DNA of 64,000 nucleotides from an uncultured delta proteobacterium (GTDB taxonomy: Bacteria; Myxococcota_A; Polyangia; Palsa-1104): contig CAWAWS010000039.1 of NCBI GenBank assembly GCA_963785725.1, forward strand, positions 608,001 through 672,000. The letters are read 5' to 3'. Made by a program: the position numbers and the translations under genes. The notes beneath the pieces are model-generated. The model saw only the letters and a list, made by a program, of their open reading frames with translations, did no database searches and was not told the DNA's origin. Each line of letters opens with the position of its first letter. The stretch's first letter is position 1. Positions 58,445 through 64,000 of the stretch are shown one piece after another.

Positions 58445-61432
58445 CTACCCGGCGCGCGGCAAGTCGATGATGAAGACGGCGCGGTCGCTGCGCTCGCGGA
58501 TTTCGAGCGTGCCGCCGTGCCGATTCACGATATCGCGCGCCACGGCCAAGCCGAGGCCGGTGCCGATTCCGGGCGGCTTCGTCGTGAAGAAGGGCTCGAA
58601 GATTCGCTCGCGCAGCTCCGTCGGCACGCCCGGGCCGCTGTCGGCCACTTCGACGACGACGCGCCCATCCCGCGTGTGGCTCGCGACCTCGACCCAGCCG
58701 CCTTGCCCGGCCGCATGCGCCGCGTTTTCCACGAGGTTCGTCACGACCTGGACGAGCAGCGGCGGCGCGCAGCGAATCGGCGTCGTCGCGCCCACGTTGT
58801 CGCGCAGCTCGATGCCGCGCAGCGCCGGCGCCACCAGCGACAGCGCCCGCTGCATGACGTCGCCGAGCGGCACCGTGCGCAGCTCGAGCTCGCCGCCGCG
58901 CCGAAACCCGAGCAGCTGCTTCGACAACGACGAAATCTGCTCGGCGCATCCCGCGAGCACCTCGAGCAGCTGTCCCGATCCCGACTCCGGCGACGTCAGC
59001 TCAGGCGGCAAGAGCTCGCGCAGCGGCGGGATGGCGTTGACGATGCCGTTCGCCGGGTTGCGCAGCTCGTGCGCGAGCCCCGCCGACAAGGTGCCCAACC
59101 CCGCCAATTTCTCGGCCTCATGCAAGCGCAGCGCGAGGTTGCGAATCTCCAGCTGCGCCCGCACGCGCGCTTTGAGCTCCTTCGGATCGAAGGGCTTGAC
59201 GACATAGTCGACGGCGCCCGCGTCGAGGCCGGTCAGGCGATCTTTCAGATCGGCCAACGCCGAGAGCATGACCACGGGCGCGAGGCCATTGCCCGGCAGC
59301 GCGCGGAAACGCCGCGTCAGCTCGACGCCGTTCATCTTCGGCATATCGATATCGGTGACGAGCAGGTGCGGCCGATGACGCATGGCCAAATCCAACGCCG
59401 CCGCACCGTCGAGCGCGACGAGCACGCGATAGTCCTGCGACAACAGCTCGGCCGTCCATGCGGCCAACGACGGCTCGTCCTCGGCGAGCAAGATCGTCTC
59501 CGCCCCTTCGTCGGTGCGCCCGACGACGGCGCCGCTGGCGATGGCCGCCGTGCTGTGGCCGAAGTCGCCCGGACGCAGCCGCGGCGAGCCGACCGCGACC
59601 GGCCGCGCCTGCGACGCCGGCAGCAAGACGTGAAACGAGGTCCCGTGCGGCGCCAGACGCTGCACCGAGACGCCGCCGCCCTGCGCGACGGTCAGCTCCT
59701 TGACGAGCGACAAGCCGATGCCGCTGCCGCCGCGCGCCTGCGCCGGCTCGTGGCCCTGCTCGAAGCGACCGAACAGGCGCGACATCAGGTCGTCATCGAT
59801 ACCTATACCGGTATCACTAACCGCGATCGCGATGTGCTCGCCGACTTGCGCCACCGACAACGTGATACGGCCGCCGCGCGGCGTGTACTTGAGCGCGTTC
59901 GACAACAGGTTGGACACGATGCGCTCGACGGCGACCGCGTCCGCCAGCGCCGTGCAGCCGGGCGCGATCTCGGCCGCGAGCACGACCTCGTTGCTCTCGA
60001 TGCCGGGCCGCCACGTCGTCGCCAGCGTGTCGAGCAGCTCGGAGATGTCGATCGGCTCCGGCTTCAACCGCAGCGACTGCGCTTCACCGGCGGCCAAGAG
60101 CAGCAGCTCGTCGACGAGCCTGAGGAGCTTGCGCGCCGACACTTCGATCGATCGCAGCCCGCGCCCCGACGCGACATCGAGCGCCGTGCGACTCTCGATA
60201 TCGCGCACCGCCAACAGAATGAGCGACAACGGCGTGCGAATCTCGTGGCTGATATTGGCGAAGATACGTTCGCGCGCGTTATGCGCCTCTTCCAATGCGG
60301 TTACCGTGGCCGCCAATGAATCGTGCGCGGAGCGCAATTCCGCGGTGCGCCGCTCGACGCGCTGCTCGAGGTCCTTCTGATAGTCGGCCAGCGCGCGATA
60401 GGCGAAGGCGTTATCGAGCGTAATGGCGATGGTCGGCGCCAACAGCTCGAGCAGCGTGTGCGCGTCGGTGCGATCGGCCCCTTCGCGCAGATCGGCCCGC
60501 AATTCGCCGACGAGATGGCCGCGACCGGACAGACCCAGCGTCAGCCGCTCGGCGCCGGCGGCGGCCTCGCCCGTGCTGGCGCGCTCGATCGCGTGCGGCG
60601 CGTCCGACGGCGCGACCTCCAGCGCCGCTGCCGCATAGCTGGGCGTGGCGACGAGCGCGTGCACGATCGCCGCCGCCGTCGTCAGCGGATCGCGCTCGCT
60701 CCAGATGCGCTGACCGAAGCGATACGCCGTATCGAGCAGGCTACGCTGTCGCTCCAGCGCCGTCTTCGTCTCCTGCAGCTGGTCGAAACGCTCGCGCAGC
60801 GTCTCGTGCGCCTCTTTGAGCTCCTTTGCCGCCGCTTGCACGGTGAACGGCCAGCTCACGGCGCGCAGCGCCCGCCCGGTCAGCGACGTGCGCCGCGGGA
60901 CGAAGATATGGAAGCGCCCGCCGCGCGGCAGGCGCGACAAGGTCACCTTCGCCTCCGGATAGCCGAGCAGACGCGGCATCTCGATCATGTTTCCGGCGGA
61001 AACGACCATGAATTCCCACGAGACGTCGTAGCCTTCGGGCAGCTCGAGGTCGAGCTCGCACTCGGTCTCGGAGATGTCGCGATGCGTGGGGATGATGCAA
61101 GTAAACATCTGGTTACCGGCGCCGCTCTTGGGCTTGTTGGCCCAGCGGTAGAACTCCATCGGCGTGAACAGCAAGCGGCCGACGACGAAGACGAAGCGCA
61201 TCGAGGGCGAGCGAAAGTGGGTGCGGCCGATCTCGATGAGGTCGTCTTCGCTGAAGATGCGGCCCAGGTTGCGCATGATGGCGCACATCTCGGCCCAGTC
61301 GATGCGCTCCTGCTTATCGCGTAGTCGGGCGACTTTGACCGAGGTGCCTTCGGTCATGCGATAGGCGGGGATGCCGCGCTGAGCGAGCGGCCCGAAGAAC
61401 ATGCTGAAGACGCGACAGGAGACTTCTCGCAT
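58445..61432 (-). CDS. Hybrid histidine kinase (sensor-HK-REC-HK)
   Basis: SHEIRTPL, REC domain (TDIDMPKMNG), AHELRNP and FFTTKPPGIGTGLGL. Confidence 0.9.
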   Translation of the reverse strand: MREVSCRVFSMFFGPLAQRGIPAYRMTEGTSVKVARLRDKQERIDWAEMCAIMRNLGRIFSEDDLIEIGRTHFRSPSMRFVFVVGRLLFTPMEFYRWANKPKSGAGNQMFTCIIPTHRDISETECELDLELPEGYDVSWEFMVVSAGNMIEMPRLLGYPEAKVTLSRLPRGGRFHIFVPRRTSLTGRALRAVSWPFTVQAAAKELKEAHETLRERFDQLQETKTALERQRSLLDTAYRFGQRIWSERDPLTTAAAIVHALVATPSYAAAALEVAPSDAPHAIERASTGEAAAGAERLTLGLSGRGHLVGELRADLREGADRTDAHTLLELLAPTIAITLDNAFAYRALADYQKDLEQRVERRTAELRSAHDSLAATVTALEEAHNARERIFANISHEIRTPLSLILLAVRDIESRTALDVASGRGLRSIEVSARKLLRLVDELLLLAAGEAQSLRLKPEPIDISELLDTLATTWRPGIESNEVVLAAEIAPGCTALADAVAVERIVSNLLSNALKYTPRGGRITLSVAQVGEHIAIAVSDTGIGIDDDLMSRLFGRFEQGHEPAQARGGSGIGLSLVKELTVAQGGGVSVQRLAPHGTSFHVLLPASQARPVAVGSPRLRPGDFGHSTAAIASGAVVGRTDEGAETILLAEDEPSLAAWTAELLSQDYRVLVALDGAAALDLAMRHRPHLLVTDIDMPKMNGVELTRRFRALPGNGLAPVVMLSALADLKDRLTGLDAGAVDYVVKPFDPKELKARVRAQLEIRNLALRLHEAEKLAGLGTLSAGLAHELRNPANGIVNAIPPLRELLPPELTSPESGSGQLLEVLAGCAEQISSLSKQLLGFRRGGELELRTVPLGDVMQRALSLVAPALRGIELRDNVGATTPIRCAPPLLVQVVTNLVENAAHAAGQGGWVEVASHTRDGRVVVEVADSGPGVPTELRERIFEPFFTTKPPGIGTGLGLAVARDIVNRHGGTLEIRERSDRAVFIIDLPRAG

Positions 61433-61434
61433 GG

Positions 61435-62211
61435 TTACGCCGGTGCGCGGCCCCACGCGGCGACAATGATGACGGCTGTCATCGTAAAGCCGGGCGTGCG
61501 AAATGCGGTCATCGCCGTCTCCAGCTCGGCGGCCGTGAGCGCGCCGGCGGCGACCAGCTTGTCGGCGATGTGCTCGACGCTGAGGCGCACGAAGTCCATG
61601 CTCGGCGTGGCCGAGGCCATCATCGGCGCGCGCGCGTCGTGGCCGCGCTCGGCGAGGCCGGCCGCGGCCAAGCCGGCGGGCAGGGCGATGCCGTATGCGG
61701 CGTCGGCGCCCGAGCGGCGTAGGCCGACGGCCATCGCGTCCAGCACCTTGGTCCACACCGGCAGCGGCGGGAAACAGGCGGCGTGCGGCGTGATGGCGTC
61801 CTCGAGGACGAGCCAGCCGCCCGGCCGCACGGCGCGCGCCAGCGACGCCAGCACCGCATCACGCGCCGGTATGTGCTGCAAGACGGCGCGCGCGTGTACG
61901 AGATCGTAGGCGCCGGTTTCGGGCGGTTTTTGCGCGATGTCCTCGCAGCGCACTTCGATGCCTTGTTGCGCGAGCGGCTCCAAGTAACGCGCGTCGAGGT
62001 CGGTGGCGACGACGTGGCCCGTCGGGCCCACTTGCTGCGCCATCCAGCGGGCGACGGTGCCGCTGCCGGCGCCGACTTCCAGGCAGCGCCAGCCGGCGCC
62101 GAGGCCGCGATCGCGCAAGTGACGAAACGTGCCCGGGTCGCACAGCGAGCCGAGCGCGTCGAGGCGCTGTTTCTCGCGCTCCCAGGCTTGGTCGAACACA
62201 TAATGGCTCAT
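61435..62211 (-). CDS. Class I SAM-dependent methyltransferase
   Basis: CLEVGAGSG, YDLVHAR and VRPGGWLVLED. Confidence 0.88.
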   Translation of the reverse strand: MSHYVFDQAWEREKQRLDALGSLCDPGTFRHLRDRGLGAGWRCLEVGAGSGTVARWMAQQVGPTGHVVATDLDARYLEPLAQQGIEVRCEDIAQKPPETGAYDLVHARAVLQHIPARDAVLASLARAVRPGGWLVLEDAITPHAACFPPLPVWTKVLDAMAVGLRRSGADAAYGIALPAGLAAAGLAERGHDARAPMMASATPSMDFVRLSVEHIADKLVAAGALTAAELETAMTAFRTPGFTMTAVIIVAAWGRAPA

Positions 62212-62518
62212 GCAACCTCGGCCAATCAGCGTGGCAGGATATAATATCGGATATGAGGAGCGCGGTCGATGGCGGCGTAGCCCAACGTAAACGGCCGCGA
62301 GCGAATCACTGCTCCGTGCATCGAGGTGAAGGGCAGTGAATGTCGGTGCAAAGCGCGCGGGCGGCGTTGTGTAGTGAACGCTATTGAATGGGCGCGGCGG
62401 CGGACACGAATAGTGTAATGAGCGCTATTGAATGGCGTGGCGAGCGAGCGGGCACGATGGCGAGGCGGGGTGGTCATGATGGGGCGAGCGCGTCACGATC
62501 GCGGGGAGTGGGGACGTT

Positions 62519-62896
62519 TTGCAGATTCATCAGCATAAGACGCAACAGATCGTCGAGGTGACGTACAAGCCGGTGCCGGTGACGGCGTTGGCGCACGCCA
62601 CGTATACGATCAAGATGAAGCAGATCATCGAGAGCCAGGTGGGCGCCTGGGCGCTGCTCGTCGATCAACGGCTGCTCGATCATGTCGACGACAAGCTGAA
62701 GGACAAGATGTTGGCGCTCTATGCGTTCGCGGCGCGGCGCGGGATGGTGCGTTCGGCGCGGGTCGTGCGGTCGCATGAAGACGTGCAGCGCCTGTCCGAT
62801 ATTCTGCAGGGCACGAATTTGCAGCGCATCGTCGGCGTCTTCACGAAGCGGCAAGAGGCGTTCGATTGGCTGGTCGAAGCGCTGGCCAGGCCCTAA
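62519..62896 (+). CDS. Hypothetical protein (SpoIIAA/STAS-like)
   Basis: LLVDQR...F...EAFDWL pattern and coding-like codon usage. Confidence 0.55.
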   Translation: MQIHQHKTQQIVEVTYKPVPVTALAHATYTIKMKQIIESQVGAWALLVDQRLLDHVDDKLKDKMLALYAFAARRGMVRSARVVRSHEDVQRLSDILQGTNLQRIVGVFTKRQEAFDWLVEALARP

Positions 62897-63118
62897 TCGA
62901 CCCCGATATCGCGAATATTCGGCACCGTGATCTTCAGTCCGTGTCGCGCGATTGGATGACTAGCCATCGAGCGAGGCTCATGCCGATATCGGCTCGTTCA
63001 CGCGTGACGTCGCGCGCGCTGAATCCCCGCTGAATCCGGTGCACGGCGCTGCTTACGTGAATGACGAACGGTAGGAATATCGAGCGGAGCGGCCGCAAAC
63101 GGCCGTTGACGACGCGTT

Positions 63119-64000
63119 TCAGCCGAATCCGGCGACCGGATGCGGCACGTAGGCGGCTTCGAGCGCGCGAACCTCTTCGCCGCCGAGCTTCACCGCGAGC
63201 GCGGCGACGGCGTCTTCGAGATGCTGCATCTTCGTGGCGCCGATGATCGGCGACGTCACGCCGCGCTTTTGCAGCAGCCACGCCAGCGCCACCTGCGCGT
63301 GCGGCAACTTGTGCGCCTTGACGACGCCGTCGAGCGCCTGCTGCACGCGCGCGTCCGCGTCCTCCATCGACGCATAGAGCCGCTTGCCGAAGCCGTCGGT
63401 CTCGCTGCGCGTCGTCTTGCCGGCCTCGGGCGCGCGCGCCAAACGACCGCGCGCCAGCGGGCTCCACGGAATCATCCCGACGCCTTGATCCAAACAGAGC
63501 GGCGCCATTTCCCGCTCCTCTTCGCGATAGAGCAGATTCCAATGGTTTTGCATCGACACGAACCGCGTCCAGCCGTGCTTTTCCGCGACGTGCTGCGCTT
63601 TGGCGAACTGCCAGGCCCACATCGAGGACGCACCCAAATAGCGCGCTTTGCCGGCTTTGACGACGTCATGCAGCGCTTCCATCGTCTCTTCGATCGGCGT
63701 CGCGTCGTCCCAACGATGGATTTGATAGAGGTCGATATAGTCGGTGCCGAGCCGTTTCAGGCTGGCGTCGACTTCATGCATGATCGCTTGTCGCGATGAG
63801 CCGCGTCCGTTCGGCCCCGGCCGCATCACGTTGAACACTTTGGTGGCGATGACGACGTCTTCGCGGCGGGCGAAGCTCTTGAGCGCGCGCCCCGTAATCT
63901 CTTCGCTGGCGCCGAACGAATATACATTGGCGGTATCGAAGAAGTTGATTCCGAGCTCGAGCGCGCGCTTGAAAAATGGGCGCGATTCTTCCTCACGCAA
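63119..64000 (-). CDS. Aldo/keto reductase (5' end outside the window)
   Basis: FFDTANVYS, IATKV, DLYQIHRWD and IPWSPLARG. Confidence 0.92.
   Translation of the reverse strand: MREEESRPFFKRALELGINFFDTANVYSFGASEEITGRALKSFARREDVVIATKVFNVMRPGPNGRGSSRQAIMHEVDASLKRLGTDYIDLYQIHRWDDATPIEETMEALHDVVKAGKARYLGASSMWAWQFAKAQHVAEKHGWTRFVSMQNHWNLLYREEEREMAPLCLDQGVGMIPWSPLARGRLARAPEAGKTTRSETDGFGKRLYASMEDADARVQQALDGVVKAHKLPHAQVALAWLLQKRGVTSPIIGATKMQHLEDAVAALAVKLGGEEVRALEAAYVPHPVAGFG

Overview
Very GC-rich bacterial DNA. The gene content (Ser/Thr kinase with TPRs, TonB-fused receptor, many hybrid kinases and lipoproteins) suggests Myxococcota; this is inference. Most of the window is ordinary accessory content: a TolC/adaptor/ABC exporter with a sigma-54 two-component system, a TonB-dependent receptor, oxidoreductases, hydrolases, regulators and cidA/lrgB. 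The standout is a minus-strand RNA-centred operon at about 15.46-19.81 kb. In transcription order it has a putative promoter, a 49-aa leader peptide with a terminator/antiterminator pair, seven partly non-canonical tRNAs (Gly, Lys, Asn, Pro, His, Asp, Phe), a small CxxC-CxxC protein, a degenerate tRNA-Arg(GCG) and a Ro60/TROVE gene. These are followed by an 8/4-fold tRNA-like RNA, three tandem Y RNA-like genes (one split by a 166-bp MITE), a CCA-ended tRNA-Phe-like body whose anticodon loop is replaced by a circularly permuted Ro-binding Y RNA helix, and an HNH endonuclease. Other oddities are a repeat-built chain of ATGA-coupled mini-ORFs linking cidA to lrgB, and an AT-rich palindrome found both as an intergenic array and as in-frame repeats inside a GRAM-like/SMI1-KNR4 fusion gene. 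All calls were made by eye from the sequence and the ORF track; no database searches were run.
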